Assembly: GCA_049679965.1 (NCBI GenBank)
Contig: JBAUGX010000176.1
Coordinates: 1,592-65,591, forward strand
Direction of reading: 5' to 3'
From: Vicinamibacterales bacterium
GTDB lineage: Bacteria; Acidobacteriota; Vicinamibacteria; Vicinamibacterales; CAVVIG01
Length of the DNA: 64,000 nucleotides
The translations under genes and the position numbers were made by a program. Shown piece by piece: positions 8,953 through 17,098 of this stretch (position 1 is its first letter; every line of letters begins with the position of its first letter). Below the pieces are notes generated by a model. That model did not search any database. It was not told where the DNA came from and saw only the letters and a list, made by a program, of their open reading frames with translations.

Positions 8953-10301
8953 ACGGCGTTTCTGTCCTCGTCGCTGGTGGGGGTCTGGCCGGGTTGACGG
9001 CGGCGCGCGACCTGATCGCGATGGGCGCCACGGTCACGGTCATCGACGCGCGCGACCGCGTCGGCGGTCGCGTGTGGACGATCCGTGACGGCTTCGCCGA
9101 CCGGCAGCACGCGGAGGCCGGCGGCGACCTCATCGACGAATCGCAGCTCGAGATCTGCGGCCTCTGCAGGGAACTGGGGCTGCCCCTCGCGCGCATCCTG
9201 CGCGACGGCTGGGGCTACGTCCGACCGAACGGATCCGGGCAGCCGCGCATCGCGGGTCGGGGCGCCACCGGCGGATGGGATCGTCTGCCGGGGCTTCTGG
9301 AGAACGTGATCCACCGGTATGTTCTGGCTGACAAGCGATGGGACTCGCCGATCGTGGCCGACCTCGCCCGCCAATCGGTCGCCCAGTGGCTGAACGAGAT
9401 CAGAGCGGACGAAGAACTGAGAGGGACTGTCAGCGGCTTGCGCGGATTCTTCCTGGCCGACCCCGAAGATCTGTCACTGCTCGCGCTCGTGGATCAGTTC
9501 GCGGACAGCAACGGCTCGTGGCCGGGGCGCATGTACCGGATCAAGGGCGGCAACGATCAGCTGGCCTCGGCCCTTGCCGCTCCCCTTGGCGGTCGCCTGC
9601 GACTCTCAACCGAGCTGGTCGCCGTGACGCACCGGGGCCGCACGGTGAAGGCCAGCCTCAAACACGCTGGTGGTGCGTCGCACGTCGAATGCGACTACCT
9701 CGTCCTGGCGCTCCCGGCGACGACGCTGTGCCGCGTGCCGATCACGCCGGCGCTGCCCGCCCAGCAGCACGATGCCATCGCGAAACTGCGGTACGGCCGC
9801 GCGACGAAAACGCTGCTGCAGTTCTCGCGACGGTTCTGGCGCGCGCCCGGACGCCCGCGGGCGTTCGGATCGGCGCTGCCGTTCGGCGCGATCTGGGAAG
9901 GCGCCGAAGAGCAGCGCGGCGGCGGCGGCATCCTGACGCTGCTGGCCGGCGGGAGCGCCAGCGACGCCACGCAGAAGATGTTTGCGGCCAACGGCCCGCT
10001 GCAGATGATCGAAGCGCTCGAGTGGCTGGGATCGCGCCGCGCCGAGCTGGTCGCATCGCGCGTGGTGTCGTGGGAGGCCGATCCGTTCGCCCGCGGCGGC
10101 TATGCCTATTTCGATCCCGCCTTCGACCCAGCGCTCCGATCCTGGCTCGCGCGTCCCGCCGGCCGCTTGTTTTTCGCCGGCGAGCACACCAGTTTCCGCT
10201 GGCAGGGTTATATGAACGGCGCCGTCGAGAGCGGCCGGCGCGTGGCCGCAGAGATTGCCGCATCCCACAACCTCTCTGAGATCGGTAAGCCTAAAGTCTG
10301 A
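8949..10301 (+). CDS. Flavin-containing amine oxidase family protein
   Basis: 450 aa with an N-terminal VLVAGGGLAGLTAA...DARDRVGGR FAD-binding motif and a C-terminal FAGEHTS motif. The stop TGA 10299-10301 lies inside the heptamer repeat. Confidence 0.85.
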   Translation: MNGVSVLVAGGGLAGLTAARDLIAMGATVTVIDARDRVGGRVWTIRDGFADRQHAEAGGDLIDESQLEICGLCRELGLPLARILRDGWGYVRPNGSGQPRIAGRGATGGWDRLPGLLENVIHRYVLADKRWDSPIVADLARQSVAQWLNEIRADEELRGTVSGLRGFFLADPEDLSLLALVDQFADSNGSWPGRMYRIKGGNDQLASALAAPLGGRLRLSTELVAVTHRGRTVKASLKHAGGASHVECDYLVLALPATTLCRVPITPALPAQQHDAIAKLRYGRATKTLLQFSRRFWRAPGRPRAFGSALPFGAIWEGAEEQRGGGGILTLLAGGSASDATQKMFAANGPLQMIEALEWLGSRRAELVASRVVSWEADPFARGGYAYFDPAFDPALRSWLARPAGRLFFAGEHTSFRWQGYMNGAVESGRRVAAEIAASHNLSEIGKPKV

Positions 10302-10314
10302 AGTCTGAAGTCTG
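10294..10314. repeat. Perfect tandem heptamer (AAGTCTG) x3
   Basis: Read directly: aagtctg aagtctg aagtctg. It spans the oxidase stop codon and the 5' end of the permease reading frame. Confidence 0.95.
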
Positions 10315-11647
10315 GCGGCCAATTCGGAAGACTGAACTGCCTCAACTCCACCGCGCGATCGGCCTGCGCCAGCTGACCGCGGGCATCATCAACGCCACGA
10401 TCGGCGCCGGCATCTTCGTGCTGCCGGCCGCCGTGGCGGCGGGCCTGGGCCCCGCAGCCCCGCTGGCGTACCTCGCGTGCGCCGCGCTGATGGCACTCAT
10501 CGTCTTGTGTTTTGCCGCCGCCGGCAGCCGCGTCTCGCTGACCGGCGGCCTCTATGTCTATATCGAGGTGGCGTTCGGGCCGCTCATCGGCTTTCTGGCC
10601 GGCGTGCTGTACTGGCTGATGGCGGCCTTCGCGGCGGCCTCGGTCGCCAGCGCCCTTGCCGGATCGCTCGGCGTGACGTGGGCGGGCCTCAACAGCGCGA
10701 TCCCGAGGGGCGTGGTGCTCGTCGCGCTGTTCGCGGTGCTGGCGGCCGTCAACGTGCGCGGCGTGACGGCGGGGACGAGACTGGTCGAGGTCCTGACGGC
10801 CGCCAAACTGCTCCCGCTGGTCGTGCTCGTCGTTTCGGGCGCGTGGTTCGTACGCCTCGAGTACCTGCAGTGGTCGTCGCTGCCCTCCCCGTCGGCGGTC
10901 GGCGCGAGCTCGCTCGTCCTTTACTACGCGTTCGCTGGTGTCGAGGTCGCGCTCGCGCCGAGCGGCGAGATTCGCGATCCGGCGCGCACCGTGCCGCGTG
11001 CCGTGCTGCTTGCGCTGGCCATCACGACCACACTGTACCTGCTGGTTCAGGGAGTCGCACAAGGCCTGCTCGGGCCTTCCCTGTCGACCTATGCGGCGGC
11101 GCCGCTGGCCGAGGCGGCCTCCCGCGTGTTGGGCCCCGTCGGACGGGTCCTGGTTCTCTCGGGTGCGGCCGTCTCCATGTTCGGCTACGTGTCGGGCGAC
11201 CTGCTCGGCAGCCCGCGCGCGTTGTACGCGCTCGGGCGAGACGGCCTGCTCCCGGCTGCCCTCGGGCGCATCCATCCGCGCTTCCACACGCCGCACATTG
11301 CCATCATCACGTACGCCGTGCTGGTCGCGGCGCTCGCCATCAGCAGCAGCTTCACGACACTCGCCGTGCTCTCGAATGTCGCCGCGCTCACACTGTATCT
11401 GCTGTGTGTCGCGGCGTCGTACGAGCTGGCGCGCCGCGATGTCCGCATGGCAGGAGCGCCCTTCGCGTTGCCCGGCGGGCCGACAATTCCAGTCATGGCG
11501 GCGGTAGTCATTCTCTGGCTTCTCTCACAGGCGACCTTCCGCGAGTTCGCCGTCGAAGCCACCGTCCTGGCCGCCGCAACGTTGTTCTACCTCGCGCGGC
11601 GGCGCACCCAGCAGGACGCCGGGCGCCATGAGGCCGCAGTTCCGTGA
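10298..11647 (+). CDS. APC-family amino acid/polyamine permease; start codon uncertain
   Basis: The first canonical start is GTG 10418. However, the conserved TM1 block LRQLTAGIINATIGAGIF lies upstream of it in the same frame, which is open from 10295. There is no ATG/GTG/TTG in 10295-10417. CTG 10298 forms a CTGA stop/start overlap with the oxidase. Confidence 0.75.
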   Translation: MKSEVWRPIRKTELPQLHRAIGLRQLTAGIINATIGAGIFVLPAAVAAGLGPAAPLAYLACAALMALIVLCFAAAGSRVSLTGGLYVYIEVAFGPLIGFLAGVLYWLMAAFAAASVASALAGSLGVTWAGLNSAIPRGVVLVALFAVLAAVNVRGVTAGTRLVEVLTAAKLLPLVVLVVSGAWFVRLEYLQWSSLPSPSAVGASSLVLYYAFAGVEVALAPSGEIRDPARTVPRAVLLALAITTTLYLLVQGVAQGLLGPSLSTYAAAPLAEAASRVLGPVGRVLVLSGAAVSMFGYVSGDLLGSPRALYALGRDGLLPAALGRIHPRFHTPHIAIITYAVLVAALAISSSFTTLAVLSNVAALTLYLLCVAASYELARRDVRMAGAPFALPGGPTIPVMAAVVILWLLSQATFREFAVEATVLAAATLFYLARRRTQQDAGRHEAAVP

Positions 11648-11715
11648 GCCGGCCGTCAGCACCACCCGAGACGAAGCGCTTGCGCCGACCATTCCAGGCG
11701 AGGTACGGTGTCTGC

Positions 11716-12693
11716 ATGCCGCAGGACGACTACATCCGCGTGACCTACGGCGAACCCCACGCCACGCGCGGTCGACAGATGCTGGCGGCGCACCCCGACC
11801 TGCGCTCGTTGGCCGGCCCGATGCCGTCGAGCGCCCTGTGGGTCGTCGCGCTGACGGCGGCCCAGATGGCGCTGGCGGTATTCGTGGGTCCGATGAGCTG
11901 GATGGTCTGGCTGCCCTGTGCCTATGTCGCCGGCGCCACGATCGATCACGCGCTGTGGGCGATGATCCACGACTGCTCGCACAACCTCGTGTTTCGGTGG
12001 CGTACGGGGAACCGCCTGGTGGCGATTTTCGCGAACATTCCGCTCGTCTTCCCCGCGGCCATCGCGTTCTGCAAGTACCACCTCCTCCACCATCGCCACA
12101 TGGGCGACCCGGAATTGGACGCCGGCGTGCCTGGGCCGACCGAGGCCCGCGTGGTGGGTCACTCCGGTGCGATGAAAGCCCTGTGGCTTGCGGGCACGTT
12201 CTTCGTACAGGGGGTCGTCCGGGTCAGACGGTTCACCACCATTCCCTTCCTTGATTTCTGGACATCGATGAACATCATCTTCCAGCTTGGAGCGATGTTC
12301 CTCTTGTACCGGTGGGCAGGCTGGCCGGCTCTCAAGTACCTGACGACCTCGAGCATCTTCGCCATTGGCCTCCACCCGCTCGGGGCGCGGTGGATTCAGG
12401 AGCACTTCGCCCTGGTCCCGGGTCAGGAGACGTACTCGTACTATGGCCCGCTCAATAAGGTGTGCTTCAATCTGGGCTACCACAACGAGCACCACGACAT
12501 CGTGACCGTTCCGTGGGCGCACCTCCCGGAGATTCGCCGTCGCGCTCCTGAGTTCTACGACGGACTGCACTCCTACGATTCCTGGACGGCGCTGCTCATC
12601 CGCTTCGTCCGCGAGTGGAACATCACCCTCTTCTGCTACATCATCAGGCCTGCGCGGCGCGCAGGCACCGCGCAGACACCAGCGAACCGATAG
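11716..12693 (+). CDS. Sphingolipid Delta4-desaturase (DEGS/DES1-like), full length
   Basis: ATG 11716 gives [32 protein letters not shown], matching the DEGS1 N-terminal Lipid_DES block ([27 protein letters not shown]). It has His boxes HDCSHN, HLLHHRH and HNEHHD. Confidence 0.9.
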   Translation: [325 protein letters not shown]

Positions 12694-12698
12694 CCTTC

Positions 12699-13544
12699 TC
12701 AGCGGGCGGCAAAGGTGTCGCAGCGAGCCGGATCGCCGGACTCCATCCCACGCCGGAACCACGCGACGCGCTGTTCCGACGTGCCGTGCGTGAAGCGCTC
12801 TGGCGCCACGCGGCGCCCACCCATCCGTTGAAGCCGGTCGTCACCGATCGCGGCCGCCGCGTTCAGGGCCTCTTCGGCGTCCCCCGGTTCGAGCTCGACC
12901 TGGCCTGCTTGGAAGCGCCCTTGCTGGGATGCCGCATGCCCCCAGATGCCGGCGTAACAATCCGCCTGCAGCTCGAGCGCGACTGACGCGCTGTTCGCCC
13001 CCGCGCGATCGCGCCCGACGCGAGCATTCGTGCCGAGCAGATTCTGCACATGGTGACCGAATTCGTGGGCGATGACGTAGGCCTGCGCGAACTCACCGGG
13101 CGCACCGAATCGCCGGGACAACTCGTCGAAGAAACCGAGATCGAGATACACCTTGCGGTCGGCTGGACAATAGAAGGGACCGGTGGCCGCATCCGCGGCG
13201 CCGCAGGCCGACTCGACCGCGTCTGTGAACAACACCACGACCGTACGCTCGTAGCGAGGGCCAAGGACTTGTGCCCACGTGGCCTGGGTGTCCCTGGCCA
13301 CGGCATCCACGAAGTTGACTCGATACTCTTCGCCGGGCGAGGTGGCGCGAGGCGGCTGGCCGGCGCTTATGGGATCGACTGGCAAGGCCCCGCTATCGAG
13401 CAACGAGAGAAAGTCCGTACCTGTGGCGTAACTGAGCAGAGCCAGGATCACGATGCCGCCGATACCGAGAGGCACGCCGCCGCGCAGCCCGGAACGGGAG
13501 CGGCGTTCTTCGATGTTGTCGCGATCTCCGGCAGACCACTTCAT
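12699..13544 (-). CDS. YpfJ-family neutral zinc metallopeptidase
   Basis: Trimmed to ATG 13544 (MKWSAGDRDNIEERR...), followed by one TM segment. HEFGHH zinc motif and GPFYCP block are present. Confidence 0.85.
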   Translation of the reverse strand: MKWSAGDRDNIEERRSRSGLRGGVPLGIGGIVILALLSYATGTDFLSLLDSGALPVDPISAGQPPRATSPGEEYRVNFVDAVARDTQATWAQVLGPRYERTVVVLFTDAVESACGAADAATGPFYCPADRKVYLDLGFFDELSRRFGAPGEFAQAYVIAHEFGHHVQNLLGTNARVGRDRAGANSASVALELQADCYAGIWGHAASQQGRFQAGQVELEPGDAEEALNAAAAIGDDRLQRMGGRRVAPERFTHGTSEQRVAWFRRGMESGDPARCDTFAAR

Positions 13545-13662
13545 CAGGGAGTCCCGCTCACGAGCGCCGGCAGCGCGTTCGGCATCAAGAGGTTGAGCTT
13601 GGCCTGGGCTTCGGACACGAGCGGTCCACGCGCCCCGCACGCTGGAACCGCCCGGGTGCTGC

Positions 13663-15528
13663 TCATGCCATCGCGTCGATCTCGTGCTCGAGCCGGGTGA
13701 CCAGCGTGTCGAGCTGATGGACGACCGCACGCACGGTTTCCGGCCGGCTGAGATCCACGCCGGCGCGCTTGAGCAGCGGCATTGGATGGTCGCTGCCGCC
13801 CGACTTGAGCAGCGTGAGATAGCGATCGATCGCCTCGGCGCGATCCCCGCTGGGCCCGCCGCGGAGCTGCCTCATGAGCTCGGCGCTCGATGCAAAACAC
13901 GTCGCATATTGGTAGACGTAGTACGGCGTGCTGTAGAAGTGCGGGATCCGCGACCACGTGACGCGTCCGAGATCATCAAACGCGACGGCGTCGCCGTGAT
14001 ACGCCTTGAGCAGGTCGACGTAGATCTCGCTGAGCGTCTCGGCCGTTACCGGGCGCCCCTGCTCGACCAGGCGGTGGGCCTGGAGCTCGTAGTCCGCAAA
14101 GAGCACCTGGGTGTAGAAGGTCCCGACGATGCCGTCGATCGCGTGCTGCAGGAGCACGATTCGCTCGCGCTCGTTGGTCGCCTGCGCGAGCATGTACTCA
14201 AGGAAGAGCGCCTCGCTCAGCGTCGAGGGCACCTCGGCCACGAAAATGGTGTACGCGGAGTACACGAACGGCTGGTGGGCGTTCGCGAGCAGCGTGTGCA
14301 TCGAATGCCCCATCTCGTGCGCGAGCGTGAACGCGGCGTCGAGCGTGTCGTTGTGATTGAGCAACATGTACGGATACACGCCGTACACCGGAGCCGAGTA
14401 CGCGCCGCTGCGCTTGCCCGTGTTCTCGTACACGTCGATCCATCGACCCGCCAGCACCTCCCGCACCTGCCGCTGATAGTCGGCGCCAAGCAGTGCCACC
14501 GAGGGCGGCAGCCACTGCACGACCTTATCGTAGGGATACTTCGCGTCGTACTCGACGAGGGGAATCACCGCGTCGTAGGAATGGTAGGTCTCGAGGCCCA
14601 GCACGCGTTTCCGCAGGCGGTGATAGCGGCGGAGCGGCTCGGTGCCCGCCTTTGTCGTCTCAATCAGGTTCTCCACGACCGACGGCGGGATGTTGTTGCC
14701 ATGGAGCGCCGCCTCGAGGGTCGATCCATAGCCGCGTGACTGCGCGAGAAACCAGTCGCGCTCGAGCACGGCATGGTAGAGGGACGCGTACGTGTTGAGG
14801 CTCGCCTCGTAGAGCTTGTGATACTCGGTGAACACGGTGGCCCGGTCGCTCTGGGACCGATTGGTCGCGAGAATGGCGCGGTACTGTCCGTACGTCAGCA
14901 CGACGTCGGCGCCCGCGGAGAGCCGAACCGTCGGATGCTTGAGGTCGGCTGTCGAGAGCGCCGAGTAGGCGTCATGTGGAGTTGACGCGAAGCGGCTCGC
15001 GAGCGACAGGAGATGCTCGCCTTTGTCGTCGAGCACGTGCTCCTGCTGGCGGTACAGATCCTCGACCGCAAACCGGTAGACAGCCAGCTCGGCGTCTTTC
15101 GCCATCCACGCCTGAACAGTGGCGAGCGGAATCTTCAACAGTTCGGGATTGAACCAGGCCGCGGCCTGACCCGCCCTGGCAAAGAGCACCTGCACCTGCT
15201 GGCGCTTGCCGTTGATCTGGTTGTCCCGCTGATCCTGGTCGTAGCACAGCGAGGCGAAATACCACACCTTGTAACTGAGCTGTCCGATGTCGTCCGACAG
15301 TTTGAGCGCCGTCAGCAGGCGATCGGGCCCATCGCCAAGCGTGCCTCGCAGCGACGCGTATGCCGCAATCTGCGTGTCCAGGTGGTCGTAGGCCGCCTTC
15401 CACGCGTTCCAGTCCGAAAAAATAGGCGCGAGACTCCACTTGAAGCGATCGGCAATGGCATCGCGGTCACGGAGCTCTGGAGCGGCGGGGGCTGCTGCGG
15501 GTGCGAAAGAATCCATTGACGGAATCAT
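13663..15528 (-). CDS. pepF: Oligoendopeptidase F (M3 family)
   Basis: It has the HEMGH zinc motif and M3B-like length. ATG 15528 forms an ATGA overlap with the upstream gene's stop; ATG 15516 is an alternative start. Confidence 0.85.
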   Translation of the reverse strand: MIPSMDSFAPAAAPAAPELRDRDAIADRFKWSLAPIFSDWNAWKAAYDHLDTQIAAYASLRGTLGDGPDRLLTALKLSDDIGQLSYKVWYFASLCYDQDQRDNQINGKRQQVQVLFARAGQAAAWFNPELLKIPLATVQAWMAKDAELAVYRFAVEDLYRQQEHVLDDKGEHLLSLASRFASTPHDAYSALSTADLKHPTVRLSAGADVVLTYGQYRAILATNRSQSDRATVFTEYHKLYEASLNTYASLYHAVLERDWFLAQSRGYGSTLEAALHGNNIPPSVVENLIETTKAGTEPLRRYHRLRKRVLGLETYHSYDAVIPLVEYDAKYPYDKVVQWLPPSVALLGADYQRQVREVLAGRWIDVYENTGKRSGAYSAPVYGVYPYMLLNHNDTLDAAFTLAHEMGHSMHTLLANAHQPFVYSAYTIFVAEVPSTLSEALFLEYMLAQATNERERIVLLQHAIDGIVGTFYTQVLFADYELQAHRLVEQGRPVTAETLSEIYVDLLKAYHGDAVAFDDLGRVTWSRIPHFYSTPYYVYQYATCFASSAELMRQLRGGPSGDRAEAIDRYLTLLKSGGSDHPMPLLKRAGVDLSRPETVRAVVHQLDTLVTRLEHEIDAMA

Positions 15529-16259
15529 ACTCGGACGGGCGCATCGGGGAACGCCAGGGCTATCTCCGCGGCCGGGAGTTTGCGCCACTCCCCGGGCTTC
15601 GTCGTACCGAGATCGAGGCCACCGAGTCGCACACGCTTCAATCGTGTCACCTCGTGACCGACAGCCGCGAACAAACGCCGGACTTCACGATTTCTTCCCT
15701 CGCGAAGCTCGACGGTCAGGTGCGACTCCCGAGAAGATGCCTTGCGCAGCGTGATGGCCGCCGCCCGAAGCCAGTCGCGACCCTCGCCAATACCGTCCAG
15801 CAGCCGCTCCATCTCGGCCTGCTCGACCCTGCCGCGAACCGTGACGACGTATACGCGGGGCACGGCGTTGGCCGGATCGGCGATCCAGTTGGCCATCTGA
15901 GTATCCGTCGTGAGCACGATGAGACCACTGGTCGCGAGATCGAGCCGGCCGACGGCGACGAGGCCCCGGCCGGCTTCGCCGAGCACGTCATAGATGGTGG
16001 GCCGTCGCTGCGGGTCGCGGCGGGTGGTCATCACCCCACGGGGTTTGTGCAAGAGGATGGTCCGCCAGGCCTGACGCGCCGCCGTATGGCCGTCGAGCTC
16101 GATGCGGGCACGCTCGGGCACAACAGATGCGAGGGGGTCCCGAACCACGCGGCCGTTGACCGAGACCCGCCCGGCACGAATCGCCACGGTCGCCTGCGAG
16201 CGAGAGAGGACGCCGAGCTTCGACAATGCGCGATTGAGGGGCGCCGCGTTCTGTGACAT
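15525..16259 (-). CDS. Pseudouridine synthase (RsuA/RluB family) with S4 domain
   Basis: The N-terminus MSQNAAPLNRALSKLGVLSRSQA... is S4-like. The catalytic block VGRLDLATSGLIVLT is present. ATG 16271 is an alternative start. Confidence 0.8.
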   Translation of the reverse strand: MSQNAAPLNRALSKLGVLSRSQATVAIRAGRVSVNGRVVRDPLASVVPERARIELDGHTAARQAWRTILLHKPRGVMTTRRDPQRRPTIYDVLGEAGRGLVAVGRLDLATSGLIVLTTDTQMANWIADPANAVPRVYVVTVRGRVEQAEMERLLDGIGEGRDWLRAAAITLRKASSRESHLTVELREGRNREVRRLFAAVGHEVTRLKRVRLGGLDLGTTKPGEWRKLPAAEIALAFPDAPVRV

Positions 16260-16269
16260 CGTGTTAGGC

Positions 16270-17076
16270 ATGCGATTCGTGCAGAAGATGTGGCTGTGCG
16301 CCTGGCTCCTGGCCGCCTTGCTCGCGTGCAGCGGCTGCTTCCAGATCTCGACGCTCGTCACGGTCAACGGTGACGGCAGCGGAACAATCAACCAACGCGT
16401 GCTGTTCACGTCGGCCGCATTGGCCCAAATCCGGCAGTTTGCCGCACTGGCCGGCGGCGTGCCGCAGAACTTCGAACCGGTGTCCGAGCAGCAGGCTCGC
16501 GATGCGGCCGACACCATGGGGCCCGGCGTCACCTATGTCTCCTCCACACCCATCGACACGCCCGAGGGGCAAGGAAGGAACACCACGTACGCCTTCATCG
16601 ACATCAATCAGCTGCGCCTCGACGCGCAGCCTCCCTCCCCCGGCGGCCTGATGGGCGGGGCGCAGGGGCTTGGGGCTGCCACGCGCGCCACCTTCAGTCT
16701 GACGCGCGAGCCCGATGGCCTCGCGACGCTGCGCATCGTGGCACCACAACTGTCGCTGCCGGGCGGTCGCCGGATTGGGCCTGCCGGCAATGTGTCGCCC
16801 GATCAAGTGGCCATGGTGAGGCCCCTGCTGGCCGGCGCCAGGTTGGCCATGGCAGTCGAGCCGGCCGGATCGCTCGTGCGGACGAGCAGCCCGTGGGTCG
16901 AAAGCCAGCGCGTCAGCATCATCGACATCGAGTTCGACCAGTTTCTCAACGACGACACGCTGCGGCGCCTCCAGGGCGCGCGAACCGTCGGCGAGGCGAC
17001 CGCCGCGCTGAAGGAATCGCCAGGCGTGAAGATCAATTTCGACCCGGAGATCACGATCGAGTTCAGGGGGCAATGA
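16270..17076 (+). CDS. Putative lipoprotein, unknown function
   Basis: ATG 16270 gives MRFVQKMWLCAWLLAALLACSGC, a lipobox-like LLAC signal. The rest has no recognisable domain. Confidence 0.65.
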   Translation: MRFVQKMWLCAWLLAALLACSGCFQISTLVTVNGDGSGTINQRVLFTSAALAQIRQFAALAGGVPQNFEPVSEQQARDAADTMGPGVTYVSSTPIDTPEGQGRNTTYAFIDINQLRLDAQPPSPGGLMGGAQGLGAATRATFSLTREPDGLATLRIVAPQLSLPGGRRIGPAGNVSPDQVAMVRPLLAGARLAMAVEPAGSLVRTSSPWVESQRVSIIDIEFDQFLNDDTLRRLQGARTVGEATAALKESPGVKINFDPEITIEFRGQ

Positions 17077-17082
17077 CACTTG

Positions 17083-17098
17083 CATTGCGGATGCAATG
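17083..17098. terminator. Short hairpin between convergent genes (weak bidirectional terminator candidate)
   Basis: CATTGC-GGAT-GCAATG stem-loop in the 22-nt gap between the stop codons at 17076 and 17099. There is no clear U-tract. Confidence 0.3.

Noticed and set aside
8949-11647. Treating the amine oxidase and the permease as one already-fused gene.
   Set aside because: In the sequence as given, TGA 10299-10301 terminates the oxidase frame. A fusion would require loss of two heptamer units. I therefore reported it as a hypothesis, not a feature.
16259-16272. Divergent genes sharing a CATG, with the pseudouridine synthase starting at 16271 and the lipoprotein at 16270.
   Set aside because: A 2-nt head-to-head overlap leaves no room for promoters or SD sequences. 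The S4-domain N-terminus aligns equally well from ATG 16259, so I used that start. 16271 remains possible.
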